From: a virus
Lineage: Duplodnaviria > Caudoviricetes
IMG/VR virus record: IMGVR_UViG_3300032216_000739
Location: 1 to 33,648 of that record
Reading direction: 5' to 3' (one strand)
Length of the DNA: 33,648 nucleotides
Of this stretch, positions 26,770 to 33,648 are shown in pieces. Made by a program: the position numbers and the translations under genes. The first letter of the stretch is position 1; each line of letters begins with the position of its first letter. A model generated the notes under the pieces. It had not been told where the DNA came from and searched no databases. It saw nothing but the letters and a program-made list of their open reading frames with translations.

Positions 26770-26859
26770 GGTGCAACGCTATCACACCGAAAAAGTATTT
26801 GACAAGCTATTTTTTGACAGGCAGGATAGCCACTCGATCAACAACAGTAAGGAACGGTT
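26770..26859. promoter_or_regulatory. Divergent promoter region
   Basis: AT-rich gap. Plus strand has TTGACA at 26799 and 26814. Minus strand has TTGTCA-18 nt-TAGCGT with a TG extension. Confidence 0.7.
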
Positions 26860-27978
26860 ATGCAACATTCATCCGTGGTTGGCGGCTCTACCGCCAAGCG
26901 CGTCATCAACTGCCCCGCTTCGGTGGAGTTGTCCAACAAGATGCCCCCGCGTCCGTCAAGCAAGGACGCTGACAAAGGCACGCTCTTGCACAACGTCATC
27001 GCTTTGCACTTGGAAGGTCACGGCGAGTTCAAAGACTTTCTGGGTATGACCTATGAGGACATCACGCTCACGCAAGACATGATTGACGACAAGCTGCAAC
27101 CGGCGATTGATGCGCTGATGCAGATTGACCCCGAGAGCGTCATGGAGTATGCAGTCGAGCAGCGCGTGGAGTTCGGCTCACAGTTGCCTGGCGTATTCGG
27201 CTCGACCGATCTGATTGGCCGCGTCGGTGATCGCGTCATCTCACTGGACTGGAAGTTTGGCGACGGCGTGATCGTTGAGGCCGAGGAAAACCCGCAGGGA
27301 CTGTTTTACGTTGCCGCTGCGATGTACAACAAAAACCTCATGTGGGTGTTTGACGGCGCAACCGACATTGAGATTGTCATTGTCCAGCCGCCTTTTGTGC
27401 GCCGCTGGGTGACGACCTTTGACCGTGTGCGCTTGTTCGAGCGTGAGTTGGTGCTGGCTGTCAAGCAGGCGCAGGGGCCGAACCCGCCGCTGCGTGCGGG
27501 CGATCATTGCCGCTGGTGCGCGGCCAAGCCGATTTGCCCTGCGATGAACGGCGCACAGGATCGCGTGATGGCGCTGGCATTGAAGGAACTCGATGTCAAG
27601 CAGCTAGGCGCGGCGCTGGATCAAGTGGATCTGGTCGAGCAGCGCATTGCCGATTTGCGTGCGCTGGCGCAGCAGGTGCTGGAAAGCGGTGGTACAGTAC
27701 CTGGCTACAAGCTGGTTGCTAAACGCGCCACCCGCAAGTGGGCTGATGAAGCTGCTGCTAAGGCGGCGCTTCTGACGCAGCTTGAAGAATCTGAAGTGAT
27801 GGAAACCAGTCTTGTCTCTCCCGCGCAAGCGGAGAAGAAACTCAAGAAGGTCAAAGGCACACTGCCCGAGACCAGTTCCGTCAGTTCTGGTAACACGATG
27901 GTCGCAGACTCTGATCCGCGCCCGTCCGTGTTGTTGATCGGGCAGCAGATGACTGCGGCCCTTGCGAAGTTGAGCTAA
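26860..27978 (+). CDS. Cas4-like PD-(D/E)xK exonuclease (DUF2800 family)
   Basis: HS.VGGS...R...CP.S, GT.LH, FGSTD, DWKFG, and C-terminal CRWC.....CP giving a 4-Cys Fe-S pattern. Confidence 0.85.
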   Translation: MQHSSVVGGSTAKRVINCPASVELSNKMPPRPSSKDADKGTLLHNVIALHLEGHGEFKDFLGMTYEDITLTQDMIDDKLQPAIDALMQIDPESVMEYAVEQRVEFGSQLPGVFGSTDLIGRVGDRVISLDWKFGDGVIVEAEENPQGLFYVAAAMYNKNLMWVFDGATDIEIVIVQPPFVRRWVTTFDRVRLFERELVLAVKQAQGPNPPLRAGDHCRWCAAKPICPAMNGAQDRVMALALKELDVKQLGAALDQVDLVEQRIADLRALAQQVLESGGTVPGYKLVAKRATRKWADEAAAKAALLTQLEESEVMETSLVSPAQAEKKLKKVKGTLPETSSVSSGNTMVADSDPRPSVLLIGQQMTAALAKLS

Positions 27979-28001
27979 CCTAAACTCTGGAGTATCGAAA
28001 C

Positions 28002-28652
28002 GTGTCTACTAACGTAAGTGTGTTTTCGGGTGCGGGCTTGCCCGCTGTTGCGTCGCTAACCACTGCCCTGCGGTCGGTGGCTGCCGATGTGTCCAACCTT
28101 GGCTCGACCATCATCAAGATGGACAAGTTCGGGTCTTGGGTGTTTGGTGCGGATCAGACCGAGGTCGAGGACGATTCGACTTGGGCCGTCAACCCGTTCT
28201 CCTTTGTCCACGGCTACATTGCGTGGGGTGACGGCGAGGTGCTGGCTGAAAAGATGGTTCCCATCACGCAGCCGTTGCCGGAAGTCGATGCCCCGCCGCC
28301 TGGCGCGAAGAAGGGCTGGGAGACGCAGGTGGGTTTGTCGGTCAAGTGCTTGAACGGTGAGGACGCGGGCTTGGAAGCGCGTTACAGCGCAACCAGCTTG
28401 GGCGGCAAGCGTGCCATTCAGGCGCTGGCCGTGGCGATTGCCGGACAGGTTGAGGCTGATTCGACCAAGCCTGTGCCGGTCGTGGCGCTCAAGACGGATC
28501 ATTACATCCACAAGCAGTACGGCAAGGTGTTCACCCCCGTGCTTGAAGTGGTGAAGTGGATCGGCATGGACGGTGAGGCTCCCGCCGCACCGGCTGCTGC
28601 CGAACCGGAATCTGCACCGGCTCCTGCCGGTCGCCGTCGCCGGAACGTGTAA
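28002..28652 (+). CDS. Putative ssDNA-binding protein
   Basis: Sits between the Cas4-like nuclease and polA, the SSB slot of APSE-like modules; aromatic beta-rich core, Y.HK.YG...TP, flexible tail. Confidence 0.65.
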   Translation: MSTNVSVFSGAGLPAVASLTTALRSVAADVSNLGSTIIKMDKFGSWVFGADQTEVEDDSTWAVNPFSFVHGYIAWGDGEVLAEKMVPITQPLPEVDAPPPGAKKGWETQVGLSVKCLNGEDAGLEARYSATSLGGKRAIQALAVAIAGQVEADSTKPVPVVALKTDHYIHKQYGKVFTPVLEVVKWIGMDGEAPAAPAAAEPESAPAPAGRRRRNV

Positions 28653-28658
28653 AAGGAT

Positions 28659-28752
28659 TGGGAGGTTGTCAGGCAGACAATCAAGGATGTCGATGCGTGC
28701 GGTTTTTCTGCCTTCCCGCACGCCTTGTCAAAGACCAAATTGAGACCTCCCA
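28659..28752 (+). ncRNA. Candidate structured cis-regulatory RNA in the DNA polymerase leader
   Basis: TGGGAGGT/ACCTCCCA outer stem, GCGTGCGG/CCGCACGC inner stem, and AGGCAGA/TCTGCCT pseudoknot complement. Confidence 0.6.
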
Positions 28753-30707
28753 TGTCTATTCTATGGCTTGACTTTGAAACGCGCTCCCGCTGTGACCTCA
28801 AAGCAGCGGGGGTGTACAACTACGCGCAGGATGCCAGCACCGAAGTACTGTGTATGTCCTACGCCTTTGACGATGAACCTGTTAAAACATGGGTTCCCGA
28901 ATTAACATTTCCTGAGAACGTGTTAAATCACACGGGCCAAATACGCGCACATAACGCCGCGTTTGAACGGCTTATCTGCTGGTATGTCCTACACTTGAAC
29001 TTCCGGCTTGAGCAGTTCTACTGCACAGCCACCCAAGCCCGCGCCAACTGTGCGCCTGGTAGCCTTGAGGATGTCGGGCGCTTTGCTGGCGCTAGCATGA
29101 AAAAAGACCATCGCGGCAATCAGTTGATTCGGCTGCTGTCGATCCCGCGTGCTGATGGTACGTTTAACAACGATCCCGATCTGATGGCCGAATTTTTTGC
29201 CTACTGCGAGCAGGATGTGCGTGCCATGCGTGCGGTGTCCCAAGCACTGCGGGATCTATCAGCCGAGGAGTTGGCCGACTACCATGTGAACGAGCGTATC
29301 AACGACCGTGGCGTGCTGATTGACACCGAACTGTGCGACGCCGCGCAGACCTATGCGCTTGAGGAACTGGACTCCATCCAGCAGCAAGTAATCGAAATAA
29401 CCGAAGGCGCTGTGACTAGCGTGCGCTCGCCCAAGATGCGCGAGTGGGTGCTGGATCGCGTGGGCGAGGATGCCAAGGCGCTCATGCTGGTGCATAAGGA
29501 CGGCCAGAGCCGCTACAGCATCGACAAGTCCATCCGCGCAAACCTGCTGGCGCTGGCCGATGAACAGCCCGAGCAAGTGCCGCCTGATGTGGCGTTGGTC
29601 ATTCAAGGCGCTGATGATCTGTGGGCCAGCAGTACCGCCAAGTTCAAGCGGCTGGCGGCGCTGGCTGATGTCGAGGATAGGCGCGTGCGCGGTGCGTTCG
29701 TGTTTGCTGGCGGTGCGGCGACTGGCCGTGCTTCCAGCTACGGCGCACAGGTGCATAACTTCCCCCGTAAGTGCGCCAAGGATCCTGACAGCGTGCGCCG
29801 TGCGATGGTGCGCGGGCATGATCTAGTGCCGACACACGGCAAGCGCATCAACGATGTTTTGAAGGGGATGCTGCGTCCGGCCATGCTACCGGCCAAGGGC
29901 AACGTGTTTGTCGTGGCCGACTGGTCAGCGATTGAGGGCCGCGTGCATCCGTGGCTGTCCAACTGCCCCGCAGGCGAGGCTAAGCTGGATGTGTTTCGCT
30001 CTGGCCTTGATCCGTACAAGGTCAACGCTGCTGCGACGTTCGGCGTGGCGTATGACGCGGTGGATGACAGCCAGCGGCAAGTCGGCAAGGTGCAGGAACT
30101 GGCGCTGGGCTTTTTAGGCGGGCCTGGTGCGTTTACGACCTTCGGGCGCATCTACGGCGTGTCGATGTCCGACGCACAAGTAGCGCGTGCCGTCAAGGGC
30201 TGGCGCAAGGCAAACCCGTGGGCGATGCAGCACGGCGAGGCGCTAGAGCGTGCGTATACGTCTGCTCTGCGGCATAAGGGCCGCGAGTTTACCGCTGGCC
30301 GCGTGACGTATCTGTTTGATGGCACGCATCTCTGGTATGCGCTGCCGTCTGGCCGTATTCTATGCTATCCCTTCGCCCGTCTGGATGCCGATGGTGTCAG
30401 CTACGCCAAAGCCTCTTGGAAGCCCGCCGCTGACGCCAAAGAATGGCCCCGTGGCCGTCTCTGGCGAGGGCTGGCTTGCGAAAACGTCACCCAAGCTGCG
30501 GCCAACGACATCCTGCGCGGTAGCTTGCGGCAGTTGGATGGCGCTGTCCTCCACGTTCACGACGAAATCGTGGTTGAATGCCCGTCCGGAGAAGCTGACG
30601 CGACGGTGGCCCGCATGAATCAAGTGATGAATACCGCGCCCGCATGGGCTACCGGCCTGCCGCTGGGCAGCGCCATCAAGGTGATGGAACGCTACGGCAA
30701 GGGCTAA
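28752..30707 (+). CDS. polA: Family A DNA polymerase with 3'-5' exonuclease (APSE-like)
   Basis: Exo I DFETRS, Exo II AHNAAFE, Exo III YCEQDV; motif A DWSAIEGR, motif B RQVGKVQELALGF, motif C VHDEIV. Confidence 0.95.
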   Translation: MSILWLDFETRSRCDLKAAGVYNYAQDASTEVLCMSYAFDDEPVKTWVPELTFPENVLNHTGQIRAHNAAFERLICWYVLHLNFRLEQFYCTATQARANCAPGSLEDVGRFAGASMKKDHRGNQLIRLLSIPRADGTFNNDPDLMAEFFAYCEQDVRAMRAVSQALRDLSAEELADYHVNERINDRGVLIDTELCDAAQTYALEELDSIQQQVIEITEGAVTSVRSPKMREWVLDRVGEDAKALMLVHKDGQSRYSIDKSIRANLLALADEQPEQVPPDVALVIQGADDLWASSTAKFKRLAALADVEDRRVRGAFVFAGGAATGRASSYGAQVHNFPRKCAKDPDSVRRAMVRGHDLVPTHGKRINDVLKGMLRPAMLPAKGNVFVVADWSAIEGRVHPWLSNCPAGEAKLDVFRSGLDPYKVNAAATFGVAYDAVDDSQRQVGKVQELALGFLGGPGAFTTFGRIYGVSMSDAQVARAVKGWRKANPWAMQHGEALERAYTSALRHKGREFTAGRVTYLFDGTHLWYALPSGRILCYPFARLDADGVSYAKASWKPAADAKEWPRGRLWRGLACENVTQAAANDILRGSLRQLDGAVLHVHDEIVVECPSGEADATVARMNQVMNTAPAWATGLPLGSAIKVMERYGKG

Positions 30708-30713
30708 CAGACG

Positions 30714-30746
30714 AAAAAAAAGCCCCGCCGGTTGAGGGCGGGGCTT
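30714..30746 (-). terminator. Terminator-like hairpin with U-tract on the minus strand
   Basis: A8 run overlapping AAGCCCCGCC-GGTTGAG-GGCGGGGCTT. Confidence 0.65.
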
Positions 30747-30773
30747 GAAGCACACAACAGAGGAACGAACCCG

Positions 30774-33128
30774 ATGAACAAGACGAAGTTTACCCCCGAG
30801 CAAACACAGTTTGCAAGCTATCTATCCGGCATCGCCCCCGAAGGCGAGACGGTGCTGTTTGTGCGTCAGAAGCCGCGCAAAGACCGCGACGGCCAGTTGC
30901 AGTACCACAAGGACGGTGCGATCAAATGCACTTGGCCTGCCTTCCTGCCCGAGCGATACAAGGGCGACGGTGCGTGGTACGCCAACACCGGCTGTTTCAT
31001 CATCTCGCGCTTTGTCGAGGGGCAGGTATCGGCCAGCGCCGCCAACTGTGAGCGTGTGGCCTTTCTGGTGCTGGATGACATCGGCACGAAAAGCAAAGTG
31101 CCGCCGCTGGCCCCGACTTGGATTATTGAAACCAGCCGCGACAACTACCAATGGGGCTATACCTTTGGCCTTGATGACCAGCCGCGAACCGGCGAGTTCG
31201 CCGCGGCGATCAAGGCCATTGCCCAAGCCGGATACACCGATGGCGGCGCGATTAACGCGGTGCGTAACTTTCGCCTGCCTGGGTCAGTGAACCTCAAGCC
31301 TGGCAAGGGCGATTTTGCCGCCCGCTTGGTCGAGTTGCATCCTGACCGCGAGTTTACGCTGGCCGGTATCTGCGCCGCGCTGGGCGTTGAGCCTGGCGAG
31401 GCCGACACCGCCGTGCGCCAGCGGCTGGCCGTGGCCGATGACGGGCTGGACGATGTGCTGCGCTGGCTGGATTCGTCCGCGTTGGTGCTGGAGCCGCGCA
31501 ACCCTGAAGGCTGGTACGGGGTGCAGTGCCCCAACCACGCCGAGCATTCGGACGGCAACCCGATGGGCCGCTATATGCCCGTTACGCGTGCCTACACCTG
31601 TTTTCATGAGCATTGCGGCGACTGGGACTCGCGGCGCTTTCTGGAGTGGGTGGACGCCGAGGGCGGCCCCAAGCACGCGCCTGGTCTGCGCGATGATTTG
31701 CTGGCCGCGACCATGACCAGTGCGCTGGCAGTCATTGCGCCCACGGATGCATTCCCTGACCGTGCGCGGGAAGTGATCGCGCAGGTAGAGGCGCGGGAAA
31801 TTGGCCGCGTTGAAAAAGCACAATGGTGGCAGCGGTTCGCCTACGTCGAGTCGGATGACAGCTATTTTGATCTGGTTGACCGGCGCGAGTATCCACGCGG
31901 GACGTTTAACGCGTTGTTTAGGCACGTTTCCAGCGTGTCGATTCACGGGGGCCGCCGCGTTGAGGCTAGCGTGTGTTTTGACGAAAACCGGCAGGCAATG
32001 GGCGCTCGCACTCTTGCGGGTATTACCTACGCCGCTGGCGATGGGCAGCTAGTGACGCAAAACGGGCTTGTGTACGGCAACCGCTGGCGCGATGCCCGCG
32101 TGCCGCTGCCTGCGGACGCGGGGGATATCACCCCGTGGCTGGCGCACGCCGAACTGCTGATTCCTAATGACGCTGAAAGGAACCATGTGTTTGATGTCAT
32201 GGCCTGCAAGCTGCAAAACCCCCGCGCCAAGATCAACCATGCCGTGCTGCACGCTGGCACGCAAGGCTGCGGTAAGGATACGCTCTGGCACCCGCTAATC
32301 TGGGCCGTCTGCGGCTCGCCGCCAGTGAATAAGGGCCTGGTGGACGCGGATAACCTGTCGTCGCAATGGGGCTACGCGCTGGAGGCCGAGATTCTGGTCT
32401 TAAACGAACTGCGCGATCCGGACGGGGCTGCGCGGCGGGCGCTAGCCAACCGGCTCAAGCCGATCATTGCCGCGCCACCCGAGACGCTTTCAATCAACCG
32501 CAAGGGCTTGCACCCTTACGATATGGTCAATCGGCTTTTCGTGCTGGCGTTCTCTAATGACCGCGTGCCGATCATGCTGGAGTCGCAGGATCGCCGCTGG
32601 TTCGCGCTCTACTCTAACGCGCCGCGTATGACGCCCGTAGAGGCTGCGGCGCTCTGGCGCTGGTATGGGGCCGGTGGCGCTGGCCGCGTGGCGCGGTGGC
32701 TGGCCCAGCGCGATATAGCGCACTTTGACCCTGCGGCCACCCCGTTGACCACGGAATATAAGCTGTCGTTGATTGAGCAAGGCATGAGCAATGCCGAGGC
32801 GTGGCTTGTGGACGCGATCCGCCAGCGGGTGGGTGAGTTTAGCCTGGGCGTGGTCGGTTCGCCGTTCCATTCATTGATTGACCGCCTGCAAGGCATGGCC
32901 CCCAATGGCGTGAAGCTGGTTCAACCGGCGCTGATTCATGCGCTAGACGAATGCGGGTGGCGCGACATGGGCCGGATCGCCAGCGCCGATTACCCGACAA
33001 AAAAGCACATATTCGCCGCGCCCGATGTTGCCGCATACGGCTACAGCAAGTCGGAATTGCGGCGTATGGCCGAAGGGCCGGTTAGCCCGCCTACGCTCTC
33101 GCTGGTCACAAAAAAGCCCGCCGGTTAA
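30774..33128 (+). CDS. Primase-helicase: RepB-type primase, Zn finger and SF3/DUF5906-like ATPase
   Basis: LVLDDIG, ETSRDNYQWGY, RNFRLPGS.N.K; CPNHAEHS...CFHEHC; Walker A GTQGCGKDT, Walker B LVLNE, FSN. Confidence 0.88.
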   Translation: MNKTKFTPEQTQFASYLSGIAPEGETVLFVRQKPRKDRDGQLQYHKDGAIKCTWPAFLPERYKGDGAWYANTGCFIISRFVEGQVSASAANCERVAFLVLDDIGTKSKVPPLAPTWIIETSRDNYQWGYTFGLDDQPRTGEFAAAIKAIAQAGYTDGGAINAVRNFRLPGSVNLKPGKGDFAARLVELHPDREFTLAGICAALGVEPGEADTAVRQRLAVADDGLDDVLRWLDSSALVLEPRNPEGWYGVQCPNHAEHSDGNPMGRYMPVTRAYTCFHEHCGDWDSRRFLEWVDAEGGPKHAPGLRDDLLAATMTSALAVIAPTDAFPDRAREVIAQVEAREIGRVEKAQWWQRFAYVESDDSYFDLVDRREYPRGTFNALFRHVSSVSIHGGRRVEASVCFDENRQAMGARTLAGITYAAGDGQLVTQNGLVYGNRWRDARVPLPADAGDITPWLAHAELLIPNDAERNHVFDVMACKLQNPRAKINHAVLHAGTQGCGKDTLWHPLIWAVCGSPPVNKGLVDADNLSSQWGYALEAEILVLNELRDPDGAARRALANRLKPIIAAPPETLSINRKGLHPYDMVNRLFVLAFSNDRVPIMLESQDRRWFALYSNAPRMTPVEAAALWRWYGAGGAGRVARWLAQRDIAHFDPAATPLTTEYKLSLIEQGMSNAEAWLVDAIRQRVGEFSLGVVGSPFHSLIDRLQGMAPNGVKLVQPALIHALDECGWRDMGRIASADYPTKKHIFAAPDVAAYGYSKSELRRMAEGPVSPPTLSLVTKKPAG

Positions 33129-33140
33129 GGCGGGCTGTTT
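33110..33140. terminator. Likely bidirectional terminator between convergent operons
   Basis: A6 run, AGCCCGCC-GGTTAA-GGCGGGCT, then GTTT; the primase stop codon lies in the loop. Confidence 0.75.
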
Positions 33141-33141
33141 G

Positions 33142-33204
33142 TCAGTCGTCTAGGCCCAGAGCGACGGCCAGCAAGGCCGTCACCAGCAGGATGAGCCACC
33201 CCAT
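33142..33204 (-). CDS. 20-aa hydrophobic peptide MGWLILLVTALLAVALGLDD (not in ORF track)
   Basis: TGATG-coupled to the upstream ORF and ends just before the terminator. Confidence 0.5.
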   Translation of the reverse strand: MGWLILLVTALLAVALGLDD

Positions 33205-33380
33205 CAGACAGGCCCGAAAAAGGGCGCGGGCGGGTGCGGTGGCATGGGCGTTAGACGCTTTACAGCGTTATCGGGGTGCAGTACCCACTTGGCCCCCATC
33301 TCATGCAGGACAATAGCCCGGCGTTGCGTGATGTGGCGCGCTTCCGCTGTTAGCGGCTTGCCTATTTGCATTGGTTTCAT
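33204..33380 (-). CDS. 58-aa hypothetical protein (…EMGAKWVLHPDN…; not in ORF track)
   Basis: ATGA overlap at 33377-33380; frame is open to TGA at 33204. Confidence 0.7.
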   Translation of the reverse strand: MKPMQIGKPLTAEARHITQRRAIVLHEMGAKWVLHPDNAVKRLTPMPPHPPAPFFGPV

Positions 33381-33547
33381 AGTTTTAAATCCTCTAAGCC
33401 GTCATCCTCAAAAATCTCGACCAGATGGTCTAAGGCCATTTTTCGCAAGTATCGGTTGTCGGGGTGGCGTAGTAGCGCGCGAATGTGGCCAATGAGCCTG
33501 GCGCGCTCGCCGTTCCATTCCTCGACGGTTCGCGGCTGGCGGGTCAT
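33377..33547 (-). CDS. Hypothetical protein (MTRQPRTVEEW...)
   Basis: ATG 33547 with AAGGGGG SD and ATGA overlap, preferred over 33616. Confidence 0.65.
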   Translation of the reverse strand: MTRQPRTVEEWNGERARLIGHIRALLRHPDNRYLRKMALDHLVEIFEDDGLEDLKL

Positions 33548-33648
33548 TTCTCGCCCCCTTGCGTGGCAAGTCGGAACATAATCAATGCCAGCACGGCGCA
33601 TAGCACAACGCGCCATTCGCCTACGATAGCTTCAATTAGACCTAAGCC
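33544..33648 (-). CDS. C-terminal part of a small membrane protein (…GLGLIEAIVGEWRVVLCAVLALIMFRLATQGGEK)
   Basis: Frame is open from the window end; TGA overlaps the next ATG. Confidence 0.55.
   Translation of the reverse strand, partial: GLGLIEAIVGEWRVVLCAVLALIMFRLATQGGEK

Noticed and set aside
26860-27978. Cas4-like gene as evidence of a CRISPR system
   Set aside because: No repeat-spacer array or other cas genes seen; this nuclease is a standard part of the nuclease-SSB-PolA module.
28725-28751. TTG start for the polymerase at 28725
   Set aside because: No SD, and MSILWLDFET at 28752 is the typical N-terminus immediately before Exo I.
32390-32410. Walker B 'NE' in the primase ATPase as a sign of inactivation
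   Set aside because: Walker A and the downstream FSN motif are intact, and I recall this variant in related phage primases, so it is not evidence of a pseudogene.
1-33648. Alternative genetic code, introns/inteins, tRNAs, att sites
   Set aside because: Core genes are intact and of normal length in code 11 with tight coupling; no cloverleaf or integrase was recognised by eye. tRNAscan was not run.

Overview
The window is most of a GC-rich, P22-type (podovirus-like) tailed phage genome with an APSE-like replication module. Plus strand 1-23136: small terminase (partial), large terminase, portal, scaffold, P22-type coat, gp4- and gp10-like tail proteins, a needle/fibre, two pectate-lyase-type tailspikes, three probable DNA-ejection proteins, a lysis cassette, and a HEXXH peptidase plus HTH-metallophosphoesterase pair. 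A minus-strand operon (26769-23120) encodes Myb-like regulators, VRR-NUC, a short C5-methyltransferase-like protein, an SNF2 helicase and DUF3310. A divergent plus-strand operon (26860-33128) encodes a Cas4-like nuclease, a probable SSB, a family A DNA polymerase and a RepB-type primase-helicase. Small minus-strand genes close the window. No integrase, tRNA or CRISPR array was seen. The most notable unexplained signals are a roughly 95-nt pseudoknot-capable RNA structure that sequesters the polymerase start, a peptidase plus HTH-phosphoesterase module, a G9 tract in the methyltransferase, an S74 domain on an ejection protein, twin hairpins flanking the primase, and several translationally coupled micro-ORFs missed by the ORF track. 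All family assignments come from motif recognition and gene order by eye, not database searches.
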